Source of the DNA: Felis catus
Taxonomy: Eukaryota
Assembly: GCF_018350175.1 (NCBI RefSeq)
Contig: NC_058368.1
Coordinates: forward strand, 209,810,001-209,874,000
DNA length: 64,000 nt
Reading direction: 5' to 3'
The notes beneath the pieces are model-generated. The model had not been told where the DNA came from, did not search any database, and worked only from the letters and a program-made list of their open reading frames with translations. Positions 63,827 through 64,000 of the stretch are shown piece by piece. Each line of letters begins with the position of its first letter. Position 1 is the first letter of the stretch. Made by a program: the position numbers and the translations under genes.

Positions 63827-64000
63827 TTTTTTAAATATTTTTTTAATGTTTATTTTTGGGAGAGAGAGACAGAGTGTGAGTGGGGGAGGATCAGAGAGAG
63901 AGGGAGACACAGAATCCGAAGCAGGCTCTAGGCTCTGAGCTGTCAGCACAGAGCCCGATGCAGGGTTTGAACTCAAAAGAGGTGAGATCATGACCTGAGC
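63787..64000 (-). mobile_element. Can-SINE with (TTTA)n tail, truncated by the window edge
   Basis: (ttta)n, (GA)n, gaatccgaagcaggct…tgacctgagc. Confidence 0.9.

Overview
Mammalian genomic DNA from a felid, most likely cat, as shown by many SINEC_Fc-type Can-SINEs. The window holds the 3' part of SLC1A3 (EAAT1/GLAST, the glial glutamate/aspartate transporter) on the minus strand. Seven coding exons (equivalent to human exons 4-10, 30172 down to 13874) have intact GT-AG junctions and exon sizes of 205/43/293/234/195/135/205 nt. A ~2 kb 3'UTR ends near a polyA signal at 11850-11855, and >33 kb of the long upstream intron runs off the right end. The rest is intronic or intergenic: about 20 Can-SINEs, two related ERV1-type solo LTRs lying head-to-head, MaLR/ERVL LTRs, hAT-Charlie DNA transposons, L1/L2/MIR relics and microsatellites. 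I found no evidence for a new protein-coding system. The best second-look items are regulatory or RNA-structural: inverted SINEs bracketing the skippable exon 9, QKI elements next to the stop codon and in the distal 3'UTR, a downstream CpG island and an NF-kB/GAS module, an intronic CpG-rich patch, RBPJ sites paired with kB-like motifs, the divergent LTR pair, and a possible SINE-derived poison exon. Repeat subfamily names were recognised by eye and need RepeatMasker confirmation.
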